This document shows positions 1 through 35,785 of a stretch of 64,000 nucleotides of DNA, piece after piece. A model generated the notes under the pieces. It was given only the letters and a program-made list of their open reading frames with translations, did no database searches and was not told where the DNA came from. A program made the position numbers and the translations under genes. The stretch is from Oculina patagonica (Eukaryota). Position 1 is the stretch's first letter. Every line of letters starts with the position of its first letter. The DNA is taken from positions 9,362,001 to 9,426,000 of the forward strand of contig NC_135766.1 of NCBI RefSeq assembly GCF_052425735.1, written 5' to 3'.

Positions 1-3000
1 ACAAGCGTTTAGCACTTCCCGGATCACTTTAGCTTCTTCCTCTGAGGCTGCTGACGCGAAGGTGATTGGGTTGAGGGGCCATTGTTCCTTATCAGAGAGC
101 CATTCTGGTCCATTCCACCACAGAGTTGTAGTTCCTCCTCCCCTGCTCGCCATGTCAGCCGGGTTGTCATGTGTTGGTACATGCCTCCATTCAATCTCTG
201 GGTGCTGATGAATTTTTTCAACTCGGTTGGTCACGAACTGCTTGTACCGTCCATTGCCGAGGATCCAGTGCAACGCGACCGTACTGTCTAACCAGGCATA
301 GACTCTTAGATTGGGTAGGTCGTTCAATGTGTTCTGCAAATTAACCACGAGGTTTGTAGCCATGTGGGCGGAGATCAATTCTAGGCGAGGCACTGTAAGT
401 CCCTGTTTAGCAGGTCGGCCCTTTGCTGCTACCAGACGTTGCGTAGTTCCGCTTGGTTGTCGCACCACAGCATAAACAGCAGCACCTACTCCCTGTGTGC
501 TTGCGTCACCGAAGGCATGTAACTCCAAATCAAGTACAGGTTCCCTGAACTCCATCACTGCTCGTGGTACAGTCACACCAGTCGGTAGAGTCTTCTCCCA
601 GTTTTCCACCTCTTTGACTAACTGTCTGGTTAGCTTAGTATCCCATGAAAGCTTCTGGTTGCAGATATCACGATAAATCAGCTTCCCTTGTAAAGTAAGT
701 GGGGTAGCCAAACCCAAAGGATCGTACACTTTAGCTAGCTTTTTTAACACTGCTCTCTTTGTTGATGGGGTTTCGTTTTGAGGGAAGGTCACTGATAGCG
801 TATCCAATCCCATGGCAATCCGAGAACCTTGGATTCGCTTGGCTGTGCACCCAGTTGCTGCTTGGCGTACGATAGCTCGCTGCCCCCATCTTCTTGATCA
901 TGCACGTCTTCCAATTCGGTCACGTTTGAGTTCCACTTGTGAAGTGTAAACTTTGCTTCGTCAAATATCTCAATGGCAGTGCTCTTGCGTTCTCGGGCTT
1001 GTTCGACAGTTTGACCACCATTCAGAAGGTCGTCCACGTACAGGCTTTTGCGCAGTACAGCAACAACTTCCGGCAATTTGCTCTCCCATGATTGCAAATG
1101 CTGTTCGATAACTCCCCCTAGGAGGAAGGGGGAGCAAGTCAGACCAAATAAAGCGCGCGTGAACCTGTAAGTCTCTAGGTTAGAGTGTTCGTTTACTCGC
1201 CAATGGAAGCGACGTGCGTCTCGTTCTTGTTCTTTGATTCGGATCTGTAAGAAGGCTTTCTGTATGTCCCCAAAAATTGCTACGGGATAAAAACGTTGCC
1301 GAACCAAGACATCCCATAACTTGTTCTGCAGCGCGGGGCCGGGGTACAGACATTCGTTCAAGGATGGGGCACTTGCGTTGGCCCTTGCTGAAGCGTCATA
1401 GACTACTCGTAGTTTAGTGCTCGCTGCGTCTTCACGAATAACAGGTTTATGAGGAATGTAGAACTCAGTACCTGTAAGTTCAGGTGGGCAGTCTTCTATT
1501 ATTCCCTGCTCCTTCTGTTCCTTGATGATTTGACCGTACTCAGGTGTTAACCCGTGTCGTTCAAGCTTCTTATTCAAGCTACTCAAACGGCGAAGGCTTC
1601 CTTGCTTGTTGGATGGCAGAGGGGGGTGATTCCCTCTCCAAGGTAGGCCTGTTTCGTACCATCCTTCCTCGTCTCGTACTAGCTGTTCTTTGAACTCGTT
1701 GTAGACTGCTTGTTGATCGTGTTCGGAGGAATCTGCCAATCCAAGCACGTCAAGTCGACAGAGTTCTTCATAATCGGTCTGGCTTGTTTGTGTTAGTAAC
1801 ATTGTGCTATGGTCAAATTCTGAGCCTGGACTCATAATAAACCATCCCAGTTTGGTTTTCTCCGCCACTGGCTCTCCATCCTTCCCAATTTGAGGCTTTG
1901 TGTCAGTTTTTACGCGTGCATATTCCCCGCTTCCTAGTATGACGTGTATAGGAAGTTGGTCCTTGGTGTCACGGTCTGTGATTTTTACTCCTTGTAAATG
2001 TGGGTACTTGTCCATCAATTGTCTGTACTTTGGATTTTCAATAGATAATAGCTCTGCTTTGTTCACCTTCGTCATCTTTACCGACATCTGATAATTCCCG
2101 TCCAAGGATTCCACGATGGTGTCGTACACTTCTAGTTTGGTTACTTTCGAGCTGATTAACATATCCACATGTCGTGTTTTCGTTTCAGATGGCCTTTTCT
2201 TTAGGAGATCCAATAGCTGTGCAGAAGCATATGAACTTCCCGCACCGGTATCTATCAACGCGCGACAAGTGATCCCATCGACTTTCACCGTTACGATCGG
2301 CATGATTCCTTCATTGTTTTCACTGGCGGTCATCAATGTTTGCTTTCCACTGTTTGTTTGTTCATGATCACATATCGAGGTATGATGACGTTTACGACAA
2401 TGTTGACAGGTCTTCGTGCTGAAACACTCTGCGGCGCGGTGGTTTGGCGTTGCGCAATTGAAACACAGCTTCTTTTTTGCGAGAAACTGCTTCCTCTCAT
2501 CAACGGTTGATATTTTCTGACATTCAGACAATTTGTGCTCCACATCCCCACAATAAACGCATTTTCTAGGCTTGCCATCTCCCCCTCGTGCTTGGAAAAG
2601 CTTATTCGAGCGGTCACATTTCGGATAAAGTTGCTCTGACGTCTCTCGTTCTCCAGCCGGGTTTCTCTTTGTCCAAAGTCTTACTGCTTCTGACAACTGG
2701 GCGAAATTCCACTTCTCCCATTCCGGGTCCATACGTACTAGGTCTCCCCGAATTGCTGGCAGTTTATCCAGTGTCATGGGTACGTTTCCATTAACTTCAC
2801 TGAGTTTGTTCATTGTTTCCAATGCTTGAACACAGTACGTCAATGTCTCGCTAAACTCGCTTATCTTTCTAGGGTTGGCGCTTGTGATGACGGGGAGGGC
2901 CATTATTTCTTTGACGTACGCCTTTGTTATTTCGGATTCCTTCCCATAGTTGTTTATTAATATCGACTTGGCTCTATTGTAGCCTTCAGCTGTGAATGGC

Positions 3001-3470
3001 AAGGCTTCTACAGTGGTTTTAACTTTTGGCCCCAGTAGTCCACACAGATAAGTAAATTTGTTAATGGGTGCCACTTCTGCTTTATCGATCGTTTCTGTGA
3101 ACTGGCCCCAGAACCTCGGCCAGTCCAAGTAAGAACCTTCGAACCTTTTTATCTCAATCTTCGGAAGCTTCGCTTGCGTTGTTTGTTTAGTTGACCCACC
3201 TCCCTCGTGACCTTCTTGTGTAGTGAGGTCGTTCTGAAGTTTCATCTTCTGTTCTTGCAGTTTTAAGTCGAATTTGAGTTGATCTTCACGCGCGATCGTC
3301 TCTTCCTGACGTCTTCTGTCTTCGAGCCATTTGCGAAGTTTGCCAACTTCTTCGTCCGCTTTCATTAGCTGATGGTCAATCCCGGCATTCCACGTACCTA
3401 TGTCACCAAGATCTTCTTCGGCTTCGATTTTTAATGCTTCAAGTGCGCGCTTTAGTTCGTCCGCTTCGGA
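1..3470 (-). pseudogene. BEL/Pao gag-pol (Gag, PR, RT, RNase H), disrupted
   Basis: ORF 789-3365, then a frameshift near 800-810 (after VLGLPW) into DTLSVTFP...YDPLG...HAFGDAS, which stays open to the window edge. The 5' end is separated by the Harbinger insertion. Confidence 0.9.
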
Positions 3471-3600
3471 TGGACCTTTAGCACCGACGCCGAGGACGTG
3501 AACGTCACCGACCAGAAGTTTATAAAATGAACTTTGATGCTACTACGCATGCCCAATCGTGCGGAACTCGTCGTCCACACCTCGTTGAGGACGTCGTTTG

Positions 3601-4045
3601 TAAGGGTGGGCCGATACAGGTTTTTCAAAACGATACGATATCGATACGATATTTGCCTTTTTTCTCGATATCGATATCGATATCGATATTATGACGTCAT
3701 TTCCGCCCTGACGTCATTGGTATGTCACGTGATTTGTTAAAGAATTCAAAAGACAGTCCTGGCGTTGAAGATGTTGGCCACGAATGCTGATTTTTGGTCT
3801 TTTTGATTCACTTTTGCATCAAGGCAAGAAAAATTCACATATTGACAAGGACAGCAATATTTGTTTGAGCAAAATTGCATTTTTTGTAACCTCAGGTGCT
3901 GACCAGGAGACCGCAGGCTCAGGTCACGTGTGCAGTATCGAAAACGTATCGAAAGTGCGATATTTTTTGAAAGTATCGATACTTTTCAAAATTGTCAAAA
4001 TATCGATGTATCGAATATTTGGTATCGAGTATCGGCCCATCCTTA
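3601..4045. mobile_element. hAT-type MITE nested in the Harbinger element
   Basis: TIRs TAAGGGTGGGCCGATAC / GTATCGGCCCATCCTTA; perfect 8-bp TSD GTCGTTTG (3593-3600, 4046-4053); subterminal CGATA/TATCG repeats. Confidence 0.9.
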
Positions 4046-4268
4046 GTCGTTTGCCGCCATTTGCCGTACAGTGTTGAACGAAGGCATGTTTTATATGTTT
4101 ACTGTCTTTTGCTGACTTATTTTGGGGATTTTTTCAATTTAAAGTGTCGGTACGTGGACAAGATAGGTACCGTAAGTTATTTGATCGAACCGTGAAGAAT
4201 CATATTAATTTCTTGTTTTCTTTTCACCTGCAGAAAGAGCTTTGAGCTTTGCAGCTGTGTTTACAGTG

Positions 4269-5728
4269 ATGGCGGATGATGATACAAAGAGTACAGGGTT
4301 CGTACATAAATCTTATAAGTGCTTTCTAAAAATATAAGTCGCATGCCTTCAACTGCATTTCATTGTAGCTTTGAAAATCAAAGTTGTCCGTTTAAATTTG
4401 CGGTTACCGTATCGACCAAGTTCCTTCTGAGATGTTTTATTTCTCACTAAGTTGTCGTTGATACTGAATGAAGCCTAAATTGTCGTAGAGGGTAATTTTT
4501 GTAATCAAAGATTGCCAACACGCGTTACACGTTTTATCTTATTTTAATTTTAGCCGCAAAAAATAAACAAAGGTTTATACAACTTACAGCACTGAAAACT
4601 TAGTATATACACTTGAGGCCTCGAGATTAATTTTACTCGCAATGCAGAGGGTACTTTTTTTCCTACAATTCAGCGATTCTCAAAACTTATTACATGTTTT
4701 ACCTTATTTTACTTTTAGCCGGGCGAAAAAATAAACAAAGTTTATTTACAACTTACAGCACTGAAAACTTAGTTTATACACTTGAGGCCTCAAGATTAAA
4801 TATATTTTACTTGCAATGCAGTTTAAATAATATAAACTGATTGTAAAAATAATTCCACTCACTCACTCAATCCTCTTCGTGCCCTTGGGCACATAAGGCC
4901 GTAAAAAATTTCGTACTTAATAAAACAATTGTATTTGTTTTCAGAAATTATGCAATGAAATGGTCAGAAGAACATGATCGCATGCTTTGCACAGAAGTCC
5001 TTGTCTTGGAACCATGGAAATTCCCTAAGCAAAGCAAAGAAAGAGGAGAGGTCTGGGGTGAAGTAGCATTACGTTTAAATGGCACAAACTATCCCAAATT
5101 CAAAGTCAGTAAGCGTTCTGTCAGGGAAAGACTCACTCTTTTAGTCAACAAATACAAAGAAAAGACCAGAAAGGAGGAGCAAGGTTCTGGGATTGAATGT
5201 GACAATGAAACCGAATTAGAGAAGGCATTGTCTGAGATCATCGAAAAAGAGCAAGCAGCTGATTTGGAAAGGAAACAAAATTCAAATACTCTTACTAAGA
5301 AGAATGAAAGTGACAAAGCCTCTGCAGAAGAGAGTAGATTGAAGGCCATGGAGCGCCTGGGGCAAACCAAAAAGAGGAATGCTGATGCAAGCTCTGATCA
5401 AGTTACTCCACCAAAAAGCAGAAAAAGCACCACTGAAGCTGTGCAAATTCTGAAAGAAAAGTATGAGAATGAAAAAGAAATCAGGAAGGAAGAAATGGAA
5501 ATTAAGAAGAAAGAACAAGAAAATAGAGCTGCCGAGCAACAGATGCTGATGGTTCAGCAGAGACACAGCCAGCAACAATACCAGGATGTATTAAAGGTCA
5601 TGACTGAACAGCAGCAGAGACAGGAACAGCAGATGCAAAATTTCCAAATGCTTTTTTTGCAGCAGCAACAACAGCAGAGCCAGGTACTCATGGGTTTACT
5701 GGAAAGAGTCCTGCCCAAGTCCTCATAA
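4269..5728 (+). CDS. Harbinger-associated Myb/SANT-like DNA-binding protein; exons 4269-4297 and 4945-5728
   Basis: MKWSEEHDRMLC...WGEVALRLN...SVRERL trihelix pattern, followed by coiled coil and a Q-rich tail. A short first exon (MADDDTKSTG) splices in frame through GT..ttttcAG. Confidence 0.8.
4530..4821. repeat. Imperfect direct duplication (about 115 bp) in the Myb-gene intron
   Basis: AAAAATAAACAAAG..ACAACTTACAGCACTGAAAACTTAG..ATACACTTGAGGCCTC occurs at about 4558 and about 4726. Confidence 0.75.
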
Positions 5729-6318
5729 GAGGAAGGCAAAAGAGCTGTTTAGAAAAACATTTGCACACTTAAGCCTTTTGGAACTATGTTGTGGTTAACA
5801 TTTTATTTAATGGTCAATTTTTAAAATTAAAATTAAAAAGAGATATAAAGTTGAAGTTTACGAAAACCTAGGTGAACCCTTTCACCCCATGGGGTGCCGA
5901 GTTAAGAACTGAAAAAATTTAAATTTAATATTCATGTTTTGTTACAATTTTAAGTGTAACATGTGATTTTCATGGCAACCAAATGTTTTCCTTTAGGGTT
6001 GACCAAAATTTATATATTTGTGTTTTATCTTTTAGAAGTTTTGAAGAACATACCAGAAGAGATCAAACCTTACTCAGTGTTATTGTCTTTATTGTCTATT
6101 TTAATGTATTTATTTTCATTTTTCTGGTTAATCAAGGGGGTGGGTAGCCACCCAACCCATCCCCCTGGATCCATCCCTGAATGATCCCTTCCCTTTTTTC
6201 ATTTTTTTTTTCTATTTTTTAAGAGGGGGTGGGGTACTTTCAGTCCACCCCCAGTCTAAAAAAAGGCCAAGGCTGATAAGGGTTAAAGGACCATTCTTTG
6301 TAGAAGGGGGGGGGGGGT

Positions 6319-6562
6319 TGTTGGGATGTTTTATTTGTTCCTGCAATGTCCCCTTCCCTACAATCTGCATTTCATGCCCCATTACATTTTTCGTTTGTCC
6401 AGAAAAATAAAGCTGTATCATAAAAAAAATATGTTGGGATCAAAACATATGTTGGGATTTTTTATTTGTTCCTGTAATGTCCCCTCCCCTACAATCTGCA
6501 TTTCATTCCTCATTACATTTTTCGTTTGTCCAGAAAAATAAAGCTGTATCATAAAAAAATAT
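6319..6562. repeat. Direct duplication (about 115 bp) downstream of the transposase
   Basis: TGTTGGGAT..TTTATTTGTTCCTG..CTACAATCTGCATTTCAT..GTCCAGAAAAATAAAGCTGTATCATAAAAAAA occurs twice (about 6319 and about 6449). Confidence 0.8.
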
Positions 6563-6576
6563 ACAGCTATTTTACT

Positions 6577-7818
6577 TTATTGAAAGTATTGCTCCAGGGC
6601 GGGGGGCTCAATACCAAAGTAGTCGCTGGTGGTATTACCATAAAGGCATGTTATGGCATTACGAAGTAGTGTGCACACAACATACATTTTACCGACATTG
6701 CTTAGGCCGATCTTCAAATTCTTTTTAAAGTCAAGAAATTTGAAAGAGTTAATGACATCACCGAAAAGCCATTCCACTGAAATTCTTAACGCGCTCATGG
6801 CTTCGTTGTAATCCTGCATCGCGGGTGCAAGTGGGACACGACGAAACGGGGTTTGAAGATGCACACGGAGAGGGTAGGCCAAATCTCCATATATACACAT
6901 GGGTTGGCCTACTGGAGAGAATGCATACTGTTGAAGGTCACGCAATAGTCCAGAATCTGCCAACATCCCGGCGTCGTGTTTACGCCCCTCTAAAACAAAG
7001 AAAATAGGAGGTGAGAATAGAAATAGTTTGGGAAGTTTGTAGAGCTAAAAACAATAAAAACAACTTTCAATATCATATTTTATTTTGTGATCGATTGTGT
7101 TTTAATAATAAAGTTCATTATAAGTATTAAAAAGAGAATCAAATTAAAAACTCACCAACTGGTCCATACAAGTTTCCTATTAGTCCATTTGGTAGGGACA
7201 GGGATTGAAATTTAAGGGCATGGACCCTTTTATGTCCATTATAAACTACTCTTTGATGTTCTCCGGGTCTTGAAATGGGTCGTACTGTCCCATCGACGAA
7301 ACCAAAACAATTGTCAAGCGGGCGCCTTTTCCTGATATAGCATCTGCATAACGCTGTAAAGCCCCAGGATTCAGAAGATCTCGATTCCATTGGGTTATGA
7401 GGTGGCCGTGAACGTCAAAGATATAGTCCATGACATCATTAGTGATCAAACTTATAACAGAAACCGGTCGGCCAAAGCGCGGAATCATATCACTGAGTCG
7501 GCATGGATAGGCAGCTCGTTTGAGAAGCATGCATAAGGCTTCTATGTCATCGCAAATACTCCTCTGCTCGCATTTAAACACTGGTGGTAGTTGGAGTGCT
7601 GCAACAAGGCGAGGAAGGTCTTGCTTCTCAACACGAAACTCTGCTTTGCATTCGGCGGAGTTCATAGAATCCAAATCGAATCGTTCGTAGTTTCCATGAG
7701 GGAAATCTGGATTTTTTGAACTGAAGGTATCGTAAAGCAATAAAAACTCTTCATCTGAAACAATGTTGTCGGCGTAGAGAAGTATGAGCATCTCACGAAA
7801 TTCTTTGAAGGACATCAT
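6577..7818 (-). pseudogene. Harbinger/HARBI1-like DDE transposase; intron 6990-7155; one frameshift near 7320
   Basis: Motifs CFGFVDGT, YNGHKRVHALKFQ, GPV|EGRKHDAGML, YGDLAYP, RISVEWLFG. A 1-nt deletion at KGA(P)LDN separates ORFs 7246-7836 and 7139-7390. Confidence 0.88.
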
Positions 7819-8181
7819 TTTCTCTGTGGACTTCAACTGGAAGATACTCGTCCTCGTAGCCGGCGCGGTCTGCTAAATGTTTATTTTTCCCGCCGTAAAT
7901 GACGGTCCCGTCCCAGGACCCACTCGGTCAAACAAGGTCTCGTCCACGTCCTCGGCGTCGGTGCTAAAGGTCCCTATTGTAGATCGTAACGCTCCCGTGT
8001 GTCTCTCGATGGCCTCTACGGATCCAGAATCGAGCACTTGTTGCGTTCTCTTCGCATGGTTTTCTAGTTGCTTAAGCTTCGTTTGTAGCTTTCCTTTTGC
8101 GGTTTCCATTCTTGTCAGTTGCGTAAGTAGAAAATTCAGGACTAAATTATACTCACAACCAAGGTAGATAGTGGTCCCGTC

Positions 8182-8574
8182 GGAGGTGCCACGTTTGGAG
8201 AATTGCTTGCCTCCCGTAAACAGTATTCCCCAACAAGTCACAGATAGTTTTTGTTTGTTACGATTTATTCTTGATCTCTTCGTACTCACAGCAATCTTAG
8301 CAATCTATATCTCGATTTTTGTTCACTCTCCTTTTAAAACACCGCATTCGATTAAATTACACAATCATTAATAAAAGATAAACAACGAGTGACACATGAT
8401 TGACTCGCTAATTCACCAAACTTATATCTCTAAACATAACTTCGGAAATCACTAATGGTCTAATCGAAAAACCTTTGACTTAATCATCAACAACAGATGC
8501 TAATTATTCTCATCGTCAAGTTCGATAAGTAGTTTTCACTTACTAACTCTTACGCAATACAAAGTTTACCGACA
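8182..8574 (-). repeat. Putative 5' LTR of the BEL/Pao element (about 390 bp)
   Basis: On the minus strand it begins TGTCGGTAAAC at 8574, contains AATAAA (about 8264-8269) and is followed by a TGG-initiated PBS-like stretch (TGGCACCTCCGACGGGACC) just upstream of gag. The partner LTR is outside the window, so the boundaries are inferred. Confidence 0.6.
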
Positions 8575-8680
8575 TCGCAACGGTATCGCGGAGGTCACGG
8601 ATTCGAATCCTGTTAAAGCTTTGAATTTTTCAGGGTGTTTCCCCAACTGCTTTAACTATCAGTTGACCTGCATCACTTTA
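8575..8680 (+). repeat. tRNA-derived interspersed repeat fragment (site into which the LTR element inserted)
   Basis: GGTATCGCGGAGGTCACGGATTCGAATCCTG, a B-box/T-loop-like sequence directly abutting the LTR end; no full cloverleaf. Confidence 0.5.
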
Positions 8681-9132
8681 AAAACCCTATTTTTATTCGT
8701 TCTTGTTATCCTGCACCTATATTGTTATTAGGGCAAAAAAAGGTAAAGCAACTTTATTTATACACGGTTTGTGTTTAAAGCTAGAAGCTTGTGGGGCCGT
8801 GTATATGAAACAGGGCTAGGGGCATTGTTTTTGTTCTTTGTCTATTTGTTTTATTTCGCCAATGCTGAACAACGTTGCAAAAGGTGCAGGTTACGCCAAA
8901 ATTAGTGGACTCACAGTTTGAGATCGTGTCATTACTTACTTAACTTTTTTATGTCAGTGAAAATCATCCAAGAAAAAAAATACAGTAAATGTTGGTTCAG
9001 GGTCCAACACTAGTCGGGTCCAAGTTAAAAAGAGATAGCTTTACCGACAACACATGTTGTCTCCATCAATCTCCGGTTTAAAATTTGAGCGCAATGAACA
9101 CAATTTTGCTCTTTTCTTTTATCCTTCTACAG

Positions 9133-9562
9133 GACCATCGTGTACTACCGCTGGTCTTCTGACTATGCACCGATCCTCAGAGAAAAGTGGTTCGGCCATT
9201 TCTTTTTTCCAGTCAAATATGTGGTATTTTACCTCAGGCAGAGGCGCTGCAGAAAGGATCTGTGGTCGCACGGCATTGTTCGACACTCCGAACAAGACCT
9301 GTATGGAATAGGCGAGAAAGATTTACTTGCGGCGTCGGAAATTTTGGGTCACAAGAAATTTCTGTTTGGAGAGAAGCTTTGTCTAGCTGACGTAGCATTG
9401 TTTGCTTTTATCGCTGCGTTCACCTGGTATAATCCAGAATGTCCGATTGCTTTATTCAACAAGTCTAAAGCAAAGAATCTTGACGAGCACGCCAAGAGAA
9501 TGAAGGAACTGTACTATCCAGACTGGGATGAAATCATTTCCAAGAAACCTAAATCTGGTTAG
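9133..9562 (+). CDS. Failed axon connections (FAXC)/metaxin-like GST-fold protein, terminal exon (copy A); 5' exon not in the window
   Basis: Acceptor ttctacAG at 9132; TIVYYRW...HGIVRHSEQDLY..EKDLLAASEILGHKKFLFGEKLCLADVALF...RMKELYYPDW, typical of the FAX GST_C domain. Confidence 0.85.
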
Positions 9563-10311
9563 AGACGATAACCATCTCATTTCTCAGGCTTCGCATTCTA
9601 ATTGCCATGGACCACATGGTGTATAATCTAATCAGTTGAAAGATACGGATCCATTTGGGAGGAATTCGGCAATTGCGTGTCTAGGTTTTCACATGGCCGC
9701 TGATGTCAAACGCCCAATCCTTCAGCTTAGAACAGAAGTGTTGTAAGACAGCTCTAAAGCTCCAACTTGAACTCAACGTGCTAGTAAACTTAACAATATA
9801 ATCTTAGTTGCTCGACATGTTCTAAGTCAACTCACATGACCGCGTATCTAAGGGGCGGCCCATAAAAGTTTGGGACTCCGTAGAGGGGGTCCCGACAAGT
9901 TTATATTAAAACAAGATGTCAATTGTGTAATATTCATATATCCACAAAGCTTATTCATCACTTACCCTCCAAAGTCGCTGTAGAGTGTGGTACAAGTTGC
10001 GTTAGATACGTGCTTCAGATTTATAACTGAGATGCCAATTTTAACCCAAAGAAGTCATGACTAAAATGCCGAAATCTTCTTAGCCACCAATAGAAAAATC
10101 CATCAAACAAAAATTCAATTTACGCCTTGAAATAGCTCCAAATGATAAACAAATATCTCATTTACCAGCCTGAATCAGTAGGGTGTGGTGGTGGGATTTT
10201 TCAGGAGTACCCAACGTGAATCGATTTGTTATTGCACAAAACGATTACTGGAGGTCGATTAAGGGATTTTCAGTTAATTATTAACTACCGTGGGAAAAAA
10301 GTATCCGCTCT

Positions 10312-10460
10312 TCGCTGCATCTGCCTGGGATTGTCCAGAAAGTCCATTTGATGAACTCATAAAATCCAAAGCTAAAAATCTTAATGAGCACGCCCACAGA
10401 ATGAAGGAACTCTATTACCCAGATTGGGATAAACTTATTTCAAAGAAATATAAATCTTGA
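10312..10460 (+). pseudogene. FAXC-like 3' fragment
   Basis: AASAWDCPESPFDELIKSKAKNLNEHAHRMKELYYPDWDKLISKKYKS*; 5' truncated; nearly identical to 58365-58512. Confidence 0.85.
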
Positions 10461-10756
10461 TACCATGATTGAGGTATCTTTACTCGTGCTTCGATACAAC
10501 AGATTCAAATTTTTTATTTTAGTTTATTTATTCCTCTGCCTATAATGGTAAACTGATTTAAAGATATTTATGTTTTTATTTTGTACAAAGATAATATTGA
10601 AGATTAAAAATAAATTGCCTATGATGTCTTTCTCTCCATTACTTTATTTACGAGCTTTCTTTAATGATTTGAAATACAGTAACCCCTACCTGTTAATTAA
10701 AAGTATATTTTGTACCTAGCTGTTCCGAAATTTGCCCTGACTTGTCTATTTACTAA

Positions 10757-10900
10757 GCCAGCGTGGCCGAGTGGTTTCGGGCGCTGGTATTGTTTTCCGG
10801 TGGTCCCGGGCTCAACCTGCTGGATTTGTTCTCAGTCGTCCCGAGTTCAAATCCTCAGTCACACTTCTTATATAGCCAACGTTTCTGCCTTCTGCTATAA
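10757..10900 (+). repeat. Degenerate tRNA-derived SINE
   Basis: A-box-like GCGTGGCCGAGTGG and B-box-like GAGTTCAAATCC; a paralogous remnant lies at about 59510-59630. Confidence 0.5.
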
Positions 10901-12419
10901 AGGGTTATTAAGAGATATATAGGTACCCTTCATTTTATTGGATAATATTTACTGTTTGTTAGTTAGTTTCTTTGCCCAGTTTTACGTAATAAAGTCTAAA
11001 GGTCCTATACTGTAGTGTGTCAAAACAGAAGCGGATTTTAAAAGAGCGCTTTTAGAAAGAGGTAGAAGGCAATAAATTAAAATTTGTGCATTTAAGCCGC
11101 CATAACTTGCTGGCAAATTTTAAATCAAAACATCCGCTTCTGGTAGGACACTAGCCTGCGTGGCCGGCGTTCAAAGGGGAAGGAGAAGTAAAATCGTTGA
11201 CTGATTAGTTTTTGAAAAGGTTATTGTGTGCTGACTCATACTTGTGCCGCAAACTCTGCCACAAAATCATGTTCTTTCCAATTTGGCACTAACGAGGCTA
11301 CCACACCGCCATTAAGTGCAAACTACCTAATAAAAGATGACATACATAATATTTAATCATCTCTTTATGTCTCTGAAAAATTTGAGCTTAATCGCACCCA
11401 TAACAGCCGAGAAATAAGCGTTTAAAAGGTGCAGGTCAAGCAAAATTTCGCTGTAGGTATCCCCCGCGACCTTAATTGTACATTATTAGTAATCTACAGA
11501 GCAAATAGGAATGCGATTAAACTATAAGCTTACTGTAAATTCGGAATGAAAAGTTATTTTGTTTACACGACGGCACAAAAATCACTACTGACCATGTGTT
11601 ACGCAGCCGAGCAGCAGCCCGTAGCTAAATGGATTAAAGAATCAGAGTTGAACTTGTTTTGTTTTTCGATTTTCCGTGAACAAAATCGATATTAAGGTAA
11701 TTAACAACGATTGTATTCACAGGAAACACTACTAACTATGCACAAAAGAAGTCGAAGTAAGTTGACAGGAAATATTCCTTCGTCGCTCTACAGAAGCGAT
11801 CTTTATCTGCCACGAAAGGTTTGAGACGACATTTAGCTTTCATCGGGCGAGTGTTGTATATGTTTTTCAAAGGTGATGCTGGTCATTCTGCCGCTTCGGT
11901 TCTTGATATTTGGTCCAGTACTGATATTCCCTGTTAGGATTTTTTTTGTATCTTGATTTCTCCTCTTAACATTTAAAAAAACTCTCCAAAATCCGTCGGT
12001 ATTGCCATGTTAATAGAATTTATAGTGACAAGTAACTATGAACTCAGATGACGGGAAATACGATACGATTTTTTTCGTATCAGACTTGTGATTGGTCGTA
12101 CATAGTGAAAAAAATCGTATACCACTAGGATTGCTTCTCATTAAAGAGAAACGATTTCTATTCGAGGCTTTTGTGTTGAGTAAATTCCAGTACTTATATA
12201 ATTAATTAATAAAGACAATTATTTTTTACAGAACTAAAATTATTTGTTTTATATAAACAATTAAAGCTACCTATATTACTGAAAATGGCTATTCTTGCGA
12301 CACTGACGACAACATATCTTGAAAGGGACTACACTGAACTACAACACTGACACTAAGTAAATAAAATAAAATATGTGTGGACGGTTTAGCGTTTGATTTT
12401 AGTCTCCGTGTCCCGTGAT

Positions 12420-35726
<23,307 letters not shown>

Positions 35727-35779
35727 GTTCGTCGGTCTGTCTGAAGATTGCACAACTTGTAAATACAGCCTTACATATC

Positions 35780-35785
35780 TTTATA
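35780..35785 (-). promoter_or_regulatory. Candidate TATA box of the collagen-Ig-TLDc gene
   Basis: TATAAA about 55 bp upstream of the ATG at 35726. Confidence 0.45.

Larger units (their letters stand above)
3472..7974. mobile_element. PIF/Harbinger-superfamily DNA transposon (about 4.5 kb, two convergent genes)
   Basis: 33-bp TIRs: GGACCTTTAGCACCGACGCCGAGGACGTGAACG (3472-3504) and its reverse complement at 7941-7974, with 1 mismatch. Encodes a Myb/SANT-like protein and a HARBI1-type DDE transposase. Confidence 0.93.
1..8574 (-). mobile_element. BEL/Pao LTR retrotransposon; 3' part runs off the left edge; interrupted by a Harbinger element at 3472-7974
   Basis: Single gag-pol: Gag with CCHC knuckles (CVYC..H..C, CFNC..H..C, CQHC..HH..C), protease ALIDTGAGSS, RT (DIQKAFLQI, LYVDDLL), Pao RNase H (YDPLG, LHAFGDAS, VPRLEL, WLDSTVALHWI, NPADMASRG). 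The Gag N-terminus (METAKGKLQ...ALRSTI, 8109-7975) joins in frame to SEADELKRALEAL... (3470 downward). Confidence 0.95.

Noticed and set aside
5554-5739. Cys-rich minus-strand ORF
   Set aside because: Antisense reading of the CAG/poly-Q tract of the Myb-like gene.
7873-8289. 138-aa ORF as an independent gene
   Set aside because: Chimera of the BEL leader and Gag N-terminus reading into the Harbinger TIR.
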